DNA of 64,000 bases from the human T2T-CHM13v2.0 reference genome, Homo sapiens, in NCBI RefSeq assembly GCF_009914755.1, contig NC_060926.1; one strand, given 5' to 3'. The translations under genes were made by a program, and so were the position numbers. The notes under the pieces were generated by a model. That model did not search any database. It was not told the DNA's origin and saw only the letters and a list, made by a program, of their open reading frames with translations. Of the stretch, positions 43,600 through 58,841 are shown one piece after another. Position 1 is the first letter of the stretch; every line of letters starts with the position of its first letter.

Positions 43600-44480
43600 G
43601 AAACAAAATACTGTATTATCCAAATTCTATTCACTAGGCATATTTAGAGGACTTCTTTCTTTGAAAACTAGATAATTCAAGTTGAATAAGGCACAGACCC
43701 CACAAAAATGTAAGCCATTGTGTAGTAGGGGAGGAAGAGCCACATATAAAAACTTTGTGTATAATATATGTACCATAACAGAGATGGGGAAAAAAGTAGA
43801 TGAATTGCACAGACCAGAGGATGTTTAAATCTAATGTTGTGTTTATTATATAAGAACATAATGTGTGTATTCTTATGCGTATATAAGGAGAGAACTTGGT
43901 ACTGAATATTTTACTTGAACTGAGCTTTGACAGGTAAGTAAACTTCCTTCAAGGTAATTGTGCATGAGACACTAATGGACAATAAAAGAGCAAGAGTATA
44001 AAGGAGTATAAAAGTGAGCAGAATGCTTCATGAATGTTGATTCCTAGAACTAGAGTGCAAGATGTATGATGGAGTTGAAGATGAGGTTGAGAGCATTTGT
44101 TCAAGCCAGTTCCTGGAAATCTTTTAACACCATGATCAGGAAAGGTTTTCAGCCTTACAATGAGTCATCAGTTACATTTCCTTCACCTAGAACAATTGCT
44201 GGTTGAAGTGAATTTTCAGTCACTCAACCTAGATGCTCAAAATCCTAATGAAACATCATCTTTATTTTTACGCTACATTTTAACTAGTCCTCACCTCAAC
44301 TAACATACCTAGCCAAGTTGTTTTTTGAAATTTCATGTGTATGTATCTGCCCCCATCCATTAGTCTCAACTTCTTGTAGACAATAGCCGTGTCTTTTATT
44401 TGTGTTTTCCTAGGACATTGTCACAATTTTTGGTACATAGTTGCACATATGTAGCATAAAGAGTTTCTACTGAACTATGT
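43600..44480. mobile_element. L2 relics
   Basis: Degenerate L2 motifs (ttgaactgagctttgacagg; caacttcttgtagacaatagccgtgtc..tggtacatag). Confidence 0.5.
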
Positions 44481-47379
44481 TTGAAAGGAACAAATTAAGA
44501 TTTGGTTGATACATAGCAAATAATTATTGAGTACACACTGGTATAGATGTTACCATTTCAATTACTTTTATATTTAAGGAACAAAATAATGGGGGTGACA
44601 GCAGCCTCTGAAGATTGTGACGTGTGTAGACAGGAAAAGTGAAGACAATAGAGAGTTGACATGTACCATAGTCCTCTTTCCTAAAGTTAATAAATAATAA
44701 TAATTTTGTCAATGGAGACATGAGAAAAGTCTTGTAAAAAGATACTGGCCTTCTTTGACTCTTATACTCCTCTTCTTGAAATAGAGTAGACTCTTAGTTT
44801 ATGTTTGATAACTGAATCAATGAGTGAAAAAACATAGAGCTGATTGTCTTACTCCTGTTCCCATTTTCAAAAACATTAACTTGGTTCTTCAGAATCTTTT
44901 CATAGGAATTTTATATTACTTTGAGTGCTGCTAAAACTTCTTCCCCATCATCTTTTTGTTTTCACAAATAGCATTTGTAATATACTTTTAATCTGTTCAT
45001 TGACATTTTAAATATTCTTTCTGTATTAGTGAATCATCCCTGTACTCTATTATGCCATATTTATTTCTGAACTTGTTGAACATCTATTCAATCTTTCCTG
45101 AATTGGTAAACAGAATATAATACAGATTTTTAAGCACAGAATTTAAAACACACAAGATTTTTAAACATGCAATATTGTAGAATATTGGATTTCATGAACA
45201 TTCCAATGTCCATTTGAATTATGCAAATGCATGAGTCCCATAAAGAAAGCTGGCACATTTCAGAAAAAGTGACTGTATTGGAGAGATGTAACAGGGATTT
45301 TTTTTTAAAATTATTCCATCAAAAGTAGCCACAGCAAAGTCAAACTTCATCTAGCAACCAATGAATATTGAAAAAAATGTGCGGTTTTTGAAGCCAAATC
45401 CATGTTTCTAACTTACGTTTAGATTTTTGAATGTATGCACTCAAATTAAACTTTAGTTGAAATATGCAAGCTGTATTTATATGCTCTATTCCAGACATCA
45501 TTCTAAGCATTGTATTTACTAATATAAATAAAGCTTTTTCCTCAAAAAGTCACAGTCTTGTTAAAATGAAAGAGGCAAAAGAAAATAACAGCACATTTGA
45601 TGCAATCCATACTCATCTTTCAAAGACACTTCAAGTGTCACTTTATCTTTAAAGTGTGTCTCCAGCCCTCATCTCAAACACATACCTCACACACATTTGA
45701 AAACCCTTTAATACAGAAATACCAAGTAAACATTATGTATTATTTATTAATTTTTTCTATACCTACTTACTTATAAAGAAAGCATTTACAAATGCTATGA
45801 GAGGATGTACGAGGAAAGCAATTTTTCCTGACAGACTATGATTAGCATCTGAAGAAAGAATTGTAGTGACATATTTGCTTTTATTTTTGATCCTCACTTT
45901 TTCAATGGATAAACAGGTGAGCAAGGTCATCTGATTCACCTATTTTTTTCAAGTACATTTTTCTTTAAAGAAAAAATATTGATTTCTACAAGTTTGAAAA
46001 TTACTTCTGTATGGCCTCCAGGTCTTCTCCCAGCATTAACAGGCTATGGATCTGCATTTTAGTCCCAGTGAACCCTGCTTAGACTTACTCTACAATTTGG
46101 CTAGAGTATCCATTATCACCCACCATCAGGGATAAAGTCCTGTGAACATTTTATCTTTAAATGAGGCAGAACAAACACAAGTCATCAAATATAATTTCAA
46201 TAATGAACCTTAGCATTTTACATTTGAATACTTCCCCAAATGGTTGCAATTTATTAATGTCAGATTAGAGGGCTCCATTCATTTTTCCTGTTCAGTAAAG
46301 AGACAGTTAATGAATGATGGTGACTTGGTCAGGCTTCTACTGAATGAGTCTGGGAGTGTGTAGCCTCAGTGTGAAGGGAGGCAACTAATGCCAGAAGACT
46401 ATTGACATGTTTTTCATCCATGTAGAATATGTCTCCTTATACAACTTTTGGCTAATGAGATGGTAATTATGTCATCAAGAGCTCTATAGAAAACACTGGG
46501 CTTTATGCCTGTATCTCTAAGTGCCATTCCATGAAATAATGCATGACTTTCTAATTTCTTTACTTTTCTTGTTATAGCTACATTGTTTTAGAGAGATTTC
46601 CATAGCAAATGAAGAAAAATGTGGTAAGACTTTGTGCCCATTTTGAAAATTTGGATAATGAAGAAGAGCGCAGAAAGAAAATACCTGCCAATCATCATTA
46701 GAAGGGAGCACGCTCACTTCTAATTGATGTTAACTCTGGAAGGGACTGGAAAAGACAAAAGAGTAGAAGGGAGAGATGCTGTTTTATGTTTTCAAAATAC
46801 AGAATGGAAGTAAAAACATAGTTCAATTTGATTTTCTTTTCAGAAAATGCAACCATATTCAAGTATCAAGCTGCTTTAATTTGGCAATTTTAGGTTGTAA
46901 ACAACTATCCCAGTGCATTAAGAAACTGACTACGTATTTCCATTTCCCCATCTAATGTGTTTCTCTTCTTAAATGTAATTTTTCATTGTTATCAATGTGA
47001 TACATGTACAAAGGGGTATAAATTGTATTACGAGGCTGATAATAAAAAACAGCAATAACCCAACTTACCTCTTTCTGATAATTCTTGTTCCAAGAAAGCA
47101 ATAGCTTTCAGTGTTTTAACCTATTTATCCTGGCATTTACCCCGTATTTCTTAATAACATTTATAGAAATATTTCTTGTTTATCAGCTTTAGTTACTAAG
47201 AAAAACTTTTTTACAGAAAAATAAAAGTAGGTTATTTAACTCTCTTTTCTTCTTTCATTTAGGTAGATAGCATCATAAAAATGATGTATGTAGTATATCA
47301 TATAGTAATATCAAAAATTATTAATATTTACTTAAGTGATTCCCCTTAAAATATATATATATTATTCTAAACATTTTGT

Positions 47380-47555
47380 ATATTTTTCCCCCTTACAATC
47401 CTCATAAAGTCCTTGTAAAGGAAGTATTATTATTACTGTTTTTAGAGAGGAGGCAAATAGTTTCAGAGATATTAACTTCCTTTTAATGATGTATCTAATA
47501 CTTGGAAGAGTTGAGATTCAAATCCAGATTTTTCCCATTCAATGTCTATACTTCT
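47380..47555 (-). mobile_element. MIR
   Basis: tattattattactgtttttagagaggaggcaaat..gagattcaaatccaga. Confidence 0.65.
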
Positions 47556-47569
47556 AAAAACTAGGTAAA

Positions 47570-47803
47570 GGCCAGGCACGGTGCCTCAGTCCTGTAATCC
47601 CAGCACTTTGGGAGGCCAAGGTGGGTGGATCATTTGAGGTCAGGAGTTCGAGACCAGCCTGGTCAATATGGTGAAACCCCATCTCTACTAAAACTACAAA
47701 AATTAGTTGGGTGTGGTGGCAGGCACCTATAATCCCAGCTACTTGGGGGGCTGAGGCAGGAAAATCTCTTGAACCAGGGAGGTAGAGGCTGCAGTGAGCC
47801 AAG
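47570..47803 (+). mobile_element. AluS, 3'-truncated (no tail)
   Basis: Alu sequence ends at GCAGTGAGCCAAG. Confidence 0.9.
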
Positions 47804-47838
47804 GTCTGCTTAATTGAGTGGTAATTTTGGAAATAGTC

Positions 47839-49160
<1,322 letters not shown>

Positions 49161-50457
49161 TCACTGGTAGAAAAACATTTTCATTTACGGGTCATTTTAA
49201 ATTTTTATCTGGGTAAATCTACATCTACGTGTAATTCTCTTGTAATTAGTCCCTTTTCAGGAGAAGCTCAGAAATATTCTCTCAACAATAGCACAGCAGG
49301 TAGAAGAAACTGGTTCCCTTGAGTTTTTTTAAGCAGTGCCTCCAGAGTTTTGTTTGTTTTTTTAAATTTTTTTTGTGTGTTGTTTTAATTTTAGCCAGCC
49401 AAATCTATTTTTTCTAGTATGGATATGAGAAAATATTTTGAAATTGCAAAGCTATAATTTTCACATCTTTAAAAATATGCCATATTATGAAAATATTCTG
49501 GGAAAAGGGAAAACTAAGAAGTCAACAAATTAAAAGGTAATATGCTAAGGAAATGATCTAATAAAAAGTCTTTCCAACTAAGTATTGAGAAGTTCACATG
49601 ATGTTTGTCAGAAATCTAGATCTGAATCAACCTCACTTACATGTATGACCTTAAGCTTCTCATTTAGTATCACTTATTCTCAGTTAAAGTGACTATTTTG
49701 CAAGGTTCTATTTACATTAAAGTTGACAGTGGTTTTAAAAGTGTTTTGTAAGTACACTGTTTAGTACTTGTTAAGTACTTAAAAATGATAGTCATTTATT
49801 TGCAATGTAGTTTTATACATAATTACTATTAAAATTTCTTGCTATTAGATCACAGGCACTTTTATGAAACTAATGAGGCAGGTAAAATCTCTATTCTTCA
49901 TTTTGCTTCCTTTAACTCTTGCTCCTTCAAAGAAGGCCCCCATTTGCTTTAATTCCTGTGAAATTTCACAGAACTAAAGGTAGTTAAATTTTGGGATGCT
50001 TCCTAATGCTTCTTTAAGACTAACTGCCACCCTTGAGAATATATTAAGCAATAGTACGTGCATTGGCCAACAGAAAACACCATTGACCAGGTTCTGGGAA
50101 ATTAACATGATTTCCTCTTCCAAAATAAATGATTGTTCTGTGATCAACCCTACACTGAACTGATTTCAGGGCCCTTCATTGGCAGACAGTTACTTCTTAA
50201 ATACTATTTGTTGTGTTAGCTACACTCAGTTTATTTACAATTTGCACCTGAAGTTCAGTGAATAATCAGCTATGTTTTATGAACATGACAACAGACATGC
50301 TAATTGACATATTTACAATAATCAAATCCTAAAATATTAATGTTGAATGGTGGTTCATGCCCACCCCCTGAATTATGCAAATTAGAAAGCATAGGCTTAG
50401 AAAAAGAAAGTAACTTCTTCTGAAATCACCTAACATTAGTTACAAGGCAAACGTCAT

Positions 50458-50800
50458 TGTCAAGAACTGCAAGGGGTTCGGAATTTATCTCTCTTTGTCA
50501 GCTGACAGTTGTAGGTAAACCACAGTTTTATAAATGCTGACAGAAAACTTGAGACTCCTGGGTCGGAGACAAAGGACTTTGTTACTCATAGCATTCACTG
50601 CAGGTAGAATGAGACTCATGTTTGCAATGATCACCCTTACTCTCTCAAGTCCCAAGGGGTGATGCAGAAGCAATCCCAGGTAGATTCTCTGTACACAGTG
50701 GGTTTGTGGTCAGATGTGGTACGGATGAGTAACCCTTAACTTAGAAAAACCCAGTCTTTTAAAAGGGGCTGCTAGAGAACCTGCCCAAACTTAGTTCCAG
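50458..50800 (-). mobile_element. LTR40-like (ERVL) LTR, truncated
   Basis: tgtcaagaactg..gagactcctgggtcggagacaaaggacttt..actca terminus. Confidence 0.65.
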
Positions 50801-51350
50801 TGTTAGGTTAACTTGGAGGCTTCCCTTTAAAATACTTAGAAGCTGCCCAAACTTAGATCCATATTCATATTGTGAACTAGTTAAAGTATAGTCTAATAAT
50901 TACAATTTATTAGAAGAGGCTTTTTTTTCATCCAGAGTCAATTTCTAAGGGAGATTAGTTTCCTTTTTGCTATAGTTGACAAAGAATGAAACCAGTACTA
51001 AGGTATGCTTTAATCAAGAATGTACCATTTTGCAGGACGTAGCTTAATACTTGTGTCTAGAAATCTGACTCTCCACCATACACAGAGCCCAAGGCCTTTT
51101 CTCCTGTGTCCTACCTGGCCATTAATATTTGTTACTAATGGGTGCCTAAGGCAGACTATAGTTTAGTGTTGAGTTTTCAGCTTCCTATTCCCTTCTGTCT
51201 GCATTACATTTACTTTATAAATAAAAAATTATTTATGTTTGAGATACTATTGCAAGGTGTTTGCAAAGAAGTTCTTTTTTTTTTATAATTTCTATTCTGC
51301 CAGTAGCCCTATTATAAATAGAAGGCCTCCATTATTTCTTATTTGTCTCC

Positions 51351-51769
51351 TGTGTTAGTCTATTTGCATTACTATAAAGGAGTTTCTGAAACCAGGTAAT
51401 TTATAAAGAAAAGAGGTTTATTTGGGCTCACAGTTCTCCAAGCTGCACAGGAAGCATTGTGCTGGCATCTGCTCCTGGTGATGGCCTCAGGAGGCTTACA
51501 ATCATGGCAGAAGGCCAAGGGAAAACAGCAGGTTGCGTTGCAAAAAGAAGGAGTAAGAGACAGAGAGAGGAGGTGCCAGGTGCTTTAAACATCCAGATCT
51601 CATGTGAATTCATAGAGTAAGAACCCACTAATTACGTTAAGACAGCACCAAGCCATTCATGAAGGAATCTCCCCTATGACTCAAATATCTCCTACTATGT
51701 CTATCTCCAACATTGGAGGTAATGTTTCATGAGGGGATTTGGAGGGATCAAAACATCCAAACCATATCA
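51351..51769 (-). mobile_element. MSTB-type solo LTR
   Basis: tgtgttagtc...accatatca with a perfect TSD TCTCC. Confidence 0.9.
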
Positions 51770-52129
51770 TCTCCAGACATATAGATTATGTATGTATTCA
51801 GGCATAGTGGATTGTTTGTTGTTCCCAAACCATAGTCTAAGTTTCTGTTTATCCCTCCCTTTGAGTGTGTATTCAATTTACTGGAAAGTCCTCCTTATTC
51901 TATTAGTTATTTTCCATTAATCTTTCAAAATCCATTGCAGATGCCTACCTTCAAGGGAGACTATATAATCCTCCACATAAATATGGTATTGCCTTACATT
52001 GAAATAAAATTTTGGCTGGTGATATGGATGTTTTAGCACTTATTTTCTCCAGTAACCATCAGGAGATGGTAACATTATTAATATTATTGTAATAATATTA
52101 ATAATTTAGTAACAGTATTAATATTATGA

Positions 52130-52370
52130 AAAATATCAATAATATCATCACCCATAGTTTGAGTCAGGGACAGGACTTTCTACTTTGCATGTATTTCCCT
52201 AATGCTGGAAGTTATCTTTCAAAGTCAATGTTTTGATCCTTATTTTAAAGCTGAGGTAATTATACCTGTTAGAAATTAATTAATAATCTAGAATTTACAC
52301 AACTGGTGAGTTCCGGAAAGTGAATACAAATCCACATCTTTTCATCCAAAACCCATGTTAATCCAACTGT
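52130..52370 (-). mobile_element. MIR
   Basis: tattttaaagctgaggtaa..acacaactggtgag..atacaaatccacatct. Confidence 0.55.
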
Positions 52371-53379
52371 AAATGCTGCAAGAAATTAATTATATAAATA
52401 TTATTTCTGCAGCGTATGAAATGTATAAATGCCTGGTTTAAGTTAGGGCCTTAGACTATGTGTTTTGCTTTCCAAGCTTCATAAAGAGTATACCAGTTTG
52501 GAAAATTTTGATGTAAGTTTAAACAACATTATTATGGTACACTCAACTGATAATGCAAATAGAGCACCTAACACATCATATTTATCTATAATTCATTTTA
52601 GAATTGATGTGAGAACAAACACAACTATGACAAAATAATTTGCATAATATGTTGTCATCAAAGAAAAACATGCATCCTAGGTTAACTTTGAAGATTCTAT
52701 TTAATATACTGCTTGCATTATTTCTTATATTCTCTATTAAGTTCATGGAAACTCTGCTGGTACATATGTGGGAATAAAGAAAATTGAATCACATATCATA
52801 GGCATCCCTGGACAGGTTTCAGAATGGAACTGGAAAATATCACTAAGGTAAATTTTCTAAGCCAGGAGGCCACAAAAGTATATTAGTCTTTGACTGAGGT
52901 CCTGATGACAGTACAATTTAAAATATAAATCAAATTAGCTTTGTGAGTGTTCACTATCACTAAACAAAAATAAACACACAATAGAAGTAAAAAAGGGACA
53001 GAAGCAAAAATGAAAATGAAAGACAGCTTCCCCAAATATAATGATATCTGCATCAACTCCTAATATTAAATAGATAATGCTGATTATGTGATGTTAAGTA
53101 AAGCAACAACCACAACAAAGATTTAAATAAAACACCTCCTTAATTTTAAATTGGATGAGTAATTATTCATCTTTCCCTTCTATCTCTGCCTTCCTCATGT
53201 CCGTTTACAGGTTTATCACTTTATCTATCTGATTTTCTCTCCATCAAGCAAGTGGCATCTGCTGCCTATCTCCATGAGTAGAATCCCAAACACTTCTGTC
53301 CCACTGCATCTTGTTATTCAGTATTAAAGTCGCTGAGAAAAACACAATGCAATCAAGCACTGAATGGATCATTTTAATC

Positions 53380-53877
53380 ACATAGAAAAGGTACAGTCCA
53401 AGGTCAGCTTCACAGTGGGCTTTGATCCCCCATGGCCAGTGGGTCCCTCCTGGCAACTGACACTGGGCCATTGGCCTGCAGGAATCTTTCTTGTGCTTCA
53501 GAGTAAAGGAACCTGCCTCTCCCCTCAGGGGACAGGTGTAACAGCAGGGGTTGGTCAGCTTCTATGTGATGCACACGCTTAAGCAAAACAACGGAGTACA
53601 CATTGCATTTGAAACAGGAAGAGATACTCCCATACAAGGTGACAGGTCCAGCACAGGCTGTAAAGACTCCCTGTCTCTTGGTAAGAGAGCGTTCCAGGCC
53701 CAAGTCCTATTTTAATGCTTCTGAGTCAGGGCTGAAAGACTGCATGTAGGAGGCTGCTTTTCCCAATGCCCTCCGTCTCTGTCCATCTGTCCATCTACAT
53801 ATCACACAGGCATCATTATTCACATAGAATCAACTTCAGGTGTAGGTTATTTTTGGTACTCTCCTCTGTCTTCCACA
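53380..53877 (-). mobile_element. Old ERVL-type solo LTR (MER54/MER73/MER74 group, uncertain)
   Basis: GC-richer ~500-bp island whose rc starts TGTGGAAGACAGAGGAGAGTACC. Confidence 0.4.
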
Positions 53878-56800
53878 ATTTGTGCAAAGAGCCTCTGCTT
53901 ATCATTAACACAAATGGTTGTATAAAAGGCTAATTAGACAAAATAATAGTATTAGAAGGGAAATCCCTCAACAGTAATGTCATTGTTTCTCCATTCTAAT
54001 ATACATTTCTTCATGGACTAGATAACCCCCATGTGTGCTCACATAGTCAAGCTTCCATTGTACTCACACCTTCATTAATGGTGAAGGAACTGATTAGAAG
54101 AAGATTGGATACGCTGATGGAATATCTGTAACAGACTTGCTGAGGTCCACAAGTCATGGGAGGAAGCTTTTCTCATCTATGGGGTAGCTAATAGTTTCCC
54201 ATTTAGAACATAATGGCTGCACTAAAACCCTAAAAATATTTCTTTCAGGCATAACTAGTTTTCCTTTAGAGAAATCATCTAATGTTCAGTTCTAGCAGGC
54301 CCAGGCTAAACAGATAGTAGGCCAAGCCTGGTAATTCTCTAGAGTTGATGTAATTACAGCGAGAACGGTGCTTTTTACTTTGGTAAAATTAGCAAGAGTG
54401 GGATTGGTGACATGATTGGCATTCTCTGTCTTCAGCCAGTGACCTTTTTAGGTGCCTGTGAGATATATGAAAGGTATATCTTCAGAAGGTAACCATATGT
54501 TATGTATTGAGTTTATCCAAATAGGACATGTTTAGTGAAATAGAGAAAACAGATATTACAAGGGATAAATTTGACAAAGTCAGTGCTTTGTTGTGATATT
54601 ATTTGGTGTAATACAATCTGCAGAATTTTCAGGGTTATGTATTTATTACATTCTTGCAACTGTCTCATCAACTGGGGAATTAGATTATGACTTAAATTTG
54701 ACCAAGTGGCATAATAAGATGTTGTTCCAGAGATCAGAGAAGCTACTCTGGGGAAGTAGATGAGAATCATTCATGAAACAGGTCAGGGCATTCTGTCATA
54801 TGCCAGACCCAGCACAGCACTGCAGTATGTATGCAAGGAAACAATTCTGTTGATTTCTGTCCAAGTATGACTTTTCTTCTTTGATGTCATCACACTAGTT
54901 TCTATTGTTTAACCTAATGCTCAAAGTCAAGCTTGAGGATAGCAAGTACTGTTTAGCCTTGAGGGTAAGATGGAGAGTCTGAAACAAGACTGTGAGGAGC
55001 CCCACACCCCCAAACATAATATGTAAAGTACTGGGTATACGACGGTAGAGAGGCTTGAATGCTTGTGGTGATTTTCTGTAAGATGCCTGCATTAATTTAT
55101 CCATACCTACAACGGGACTGGTTATAAAGGGATTATGGACACAGAGTTTGCCTAGGAAAGTGACAGTCTTAAGAATTTTCACAATCTTGTTTTCACCCCA
55201 TCTGGTGCTAAAGGGAAAGGGAAGGGGATACCATATAGAATATCACAGCTATCTAAATTAGTGGTTACAACACTAACAACAATAATCATCACAGTGACCC
55301 TATCTGCTACGGCAAAACACTACCAGGAGCTTTCCTAAGAATATTTTTCTTAATCCTAACAATTACTGTATGAGACATATTATTTTCACCATTTTGCAGA
55401 TAGCAAACCAGATAGCACTTGTAAAGAAAAACGAGAGGTTTATTGCAAACTTCTTTTCAATTCACGGTGAAATGGAGGAACAGAAATGTTAAATAACTTA
55501 CAACTCCAGGGAAAGTGGTTAGCTGACTCTAAGAAAAGAGTATAGCCCCATTTACACCATTTAATATTTCTCTGCAAAATGAGTGCCGGTTATATGATCT
55601 TAAAAGCTGGTGCCTGGCTCTGTGAATTCACTGGACAGAATCTCATTATCCCTTCCATCCCTTACAATATTTTGCATGTAACTTTCACTAAAGGGCTGTT
55701 GAATTAAAATGCATTGCGACATGTAAAGTATTCTGAGGTTTCCTCTGATGCCAGGTGCATATTCTGTGCTTTGGGATCTGGTATTGAACTTTAGACCTTA
55801 TCTCCTAATTCGAGATAAAGGATGGATGGTACTATTGTAGTATCTACAATTTGTAATTAGTTAAAGAGGACTCTACTTTCCACACAACTTAAAAAGTTCT
55901 GTCATTTTGAAAAAAAAATGAAAACTTTGTTTTTATAATGGAAGAAACAGATATTTTTGTGAAAAGTCCCAGGTAATGTAACAATGAATCTCAAAGTTAG
56001 TGGCATCTTGGCGACCATGGTATAGATCCTATTAATTTCAGAGATAAAGGAACTAAAACTGAAAGAGATAGCATGCCTTGTTCAAGTTAATAGACCTTAC
56101 CAGAAAAAGCAAAAAAGGAAACAGACATTAATTCACTAAATGACTCATGAATTCATTCAGTAAACATTAACTGAGTATATCTATAGTGTCCAGAAAAGTG
56201 CTTTGCCTATGGAGATAGAAAAGAGCAGTGGAGACTATACTATAGGAAATGAAGGGGTGGACATAGTACAAACTGTTGTGTGCTTTAACAGAGTAGAGTA
56301 CTAGCACATCAGTGTCTCACAAACCTGAGTGTCCTGACTCTCCGACTTTAGCTCTGCCCAATAAATTATCTCATGTGCACACTGCATCTGAATGTGACTC
56401 CTCATAATTTTTTGCTTTCATAGGATATAATTCATAAAGAAAATGACCTTTATTCAGAACGTTTTATGTGACAGGCACTGTGGTACATACCTCACATATA
56501 TTGTAGTTTATTTTTATGGGGAAGGTTTCCAATGATGTAAAAATATATTAAGTATATTTAATAGAAAAGGTATAAGAAAACAAAGACTCATGTACCCAGT
56601 ATGCTTTTATTAAAAGAGACAAAGTGTATCATTAAAACTGTTAAAATACCTCTGTCCCTCTCTGATTCACTCCTTCTCTAGTACCCAGATAGCACCACGA
56701 GCCTGAACTTTAAAAATAAGATTTTTAATTTCATTTTTAGTTTGACAATATATGTACATATCAGCAGCATGTATGTATTTATACATAGGTATTTTAATGG

Positions 56801-56929
56801 TTTTGAAATTTAGAATTAAAAAAGATATAATGTATCTACCCTTCTGTAAATGTATGAGATTCACCTATGATGATATAGGTAATTCTAGTTCATTCCTTTT
56901 CAATTATTTATTCCACAAAATAATTCCAA

Positions 56930-56957
<28 letters not shown>

Positions 56958-56960
<3 letters not shown>

Positions 56961-58234
56961 GGTTGGGGCAAAAGTAATTGCAGTTTCAGACTGTGAATTT
57001 TAAATCATTATAACTAGGCTAAAACACATCTTTATTAATCAAAATAGGAACCATAACAATCAATACATTTTTTGCCAATGAGAAATAGGTATGTTTATTC
57101 CGATAGCATAAAAATCCATGCTTTGGGATTCGACAAAATCTTGGAAAGCATTTTCTGCATCCTGCTGCTTGTGGAAGCATTTTCCCTGCAAAAAGTTGTC
57201 AAGATGCTTTAAGACGTGGTAGTCGGTTGGCAAGAGGCCAGGTGAATATGTTGGATGAGTCAACACTTTGTAGCCCAATACATTCAACTTTTGAAGCATT
57301 GGTTGTGTGACATGTGGTCAGGCGTTGTCATGGAAAAGAACTGGGCCCTTTCTGTTGACCAATGCTGGCTTCAGGCATTGCAGTATTCAGTGCGTCTCAT
57401 TGATTTGCTGAGCATCATTCTCAGGTGTAATGATTTTGTTGGGATTCAGAAAGCTGTAGTGGATCAGGCTGGCAGCAGACCACCAAATGGTGGCCATGAC
57501 CTTTTCTGGTGCAAGTTTGGCCTTGGGAAGTGCTTTGAAGCTTCTTCTCAGTCCAACCACTGAGCTGGTTGATTGTCATATAAAATCCACTTTTTGTCAC
57601 ATGTCACAATCCAGTTGAGAAACGGTTCATTGTTGTTGCATAGAATAAGAGAAGACAACACTTCAAAACAACTTTTTTTATTTTCACTCAACTCATGAGG
57701 CACCCACTTATCAGGCTTTTTTGCCTTTCCAATTTGCTTCAAATGCCAAAGGACCATAGAATGTTTGATGTCGAGTTCTTCAGCAAGTTCTCATCTAGTT
57801 GTAAGAGGATCAGCTTCGATGATTGCTCTCAACTGGTCTCAGTTGGTCATTGTCAACTTCCGATGGCCAGCTACTACACTCCTCACCTTCAAGGCTCTCA
57901 TCTCCTTTGCAAAACTTGAAACATCACCACACTGTGCATTCGCTAGCACTTCCTGGGCCAAATGCGTTGTTGATGTTGCCAGTTGTCTCCGCTGCTTTAT
58001 GACCCATTTTGAACTCAAATAAGAAAATCTCTCAAGTTTGCTTTTTGTCTAACATCATTTCCACAGTCTAAAATAAACATAAAATAAACAGCAGGTAATA
58101 AGTCATTAGCAAAAAAAAAGTGAAAAATGCCCATTAAAATGATGTATAACATAACCAAATTTAAGAATATGTTCCAATATCGATTGGCAAATTGCAACAA
58201 TGCAAAAACTGCAATTATGTTTGCACCAACCATG
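56958..58234 (-). mobile_element. Full-length Hsmar1 mariner DNA transposon
   Basis: TIRs ggttggggcaaaagtaattgcag and rc ggttggtgcaaacataattgcag, ~1.28 kb, with (TA)n at the left target site. Confidence 0.95.
57035..58064 (-). pseudogene. Hsmar1 transposase pseudogene (SETMAR transposase family)
   Basis: WVPHEL, VTCDKKWILYDN, HDN and YSPGLLPTDY motifs. Start mutated to GTG, with frameshifts and stops. Confidence 0.92.
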
Positions 58235-58360
58235 GATTATGTATATATACAGGCACTCAAACATATTCATTGTCCTTTCAATTGACATGCTTACGCTGTT
58301 TGGAAAGCATATCTTACCCCCCAGAAAATCTGTTTAGAACATTCTTGAGAACTTCTACAT

Positions 58361-58692
58361 ATAAAAGAGTGTAATTGGATTCTTTGTAACTCAAAGGATA
58401 AGTGCTTGAGGGCATGGATACCCGATTCTGTATGATGTGATTACTAATACCTAGTATTTGGTAGCACAACAGGGTGATTATACTCAAAAGAATTTAATTG
58501 TACATTTTAAAATAACTAAAAGAGCATAATTGGATTGTTTGTAACACAAAGGATGAATGCTTGAGGGGATGGATACCCCATTTCCCATGATGAGATTATT
58601 ACACATTGCATGTCTATATCAAAACATCTCATCTACCACATAAATATATACAATTACTCTGTGCCCACAATAATTTAAAATTTAAAATAAAA
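58361..58692 (+). mobile_element. L1MA1/2-type 3' fragment with a duplicated 5' segment
   Basis: taattggattgtttgtaacacaaaggat..ggatacccc motif occurs twice. TSD GAGAACTTCTACAT/GAAAAATTCTACAT. Confidence 0.85.
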
Positions 58693-58784
58693 GAAAAATT
58701 CTACATGGTCACATGTGCAAGTGTTACTTAAGAGTATATTTATTAACATAAATGTGGACCTCAGGGTAATTTACATATAAATAC

Positions 58785-58802
58785 ATATGTGTATGTGTAC
58801 AT

Positions 58803-58838
<36 letters not shown>
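58785..58838. repeat. (TG)n microsatellite
   Basis: Direct reading. Confidence 0.9.

Positions 58839-58841
<3 letters not shown>

Noticed and set aside
45220-45227. Octamer ATGCAAAT (also ~50375)
   Set aside because: Expected by chance in AT-rich 64 kb, with no canonical adjacent SOX site.
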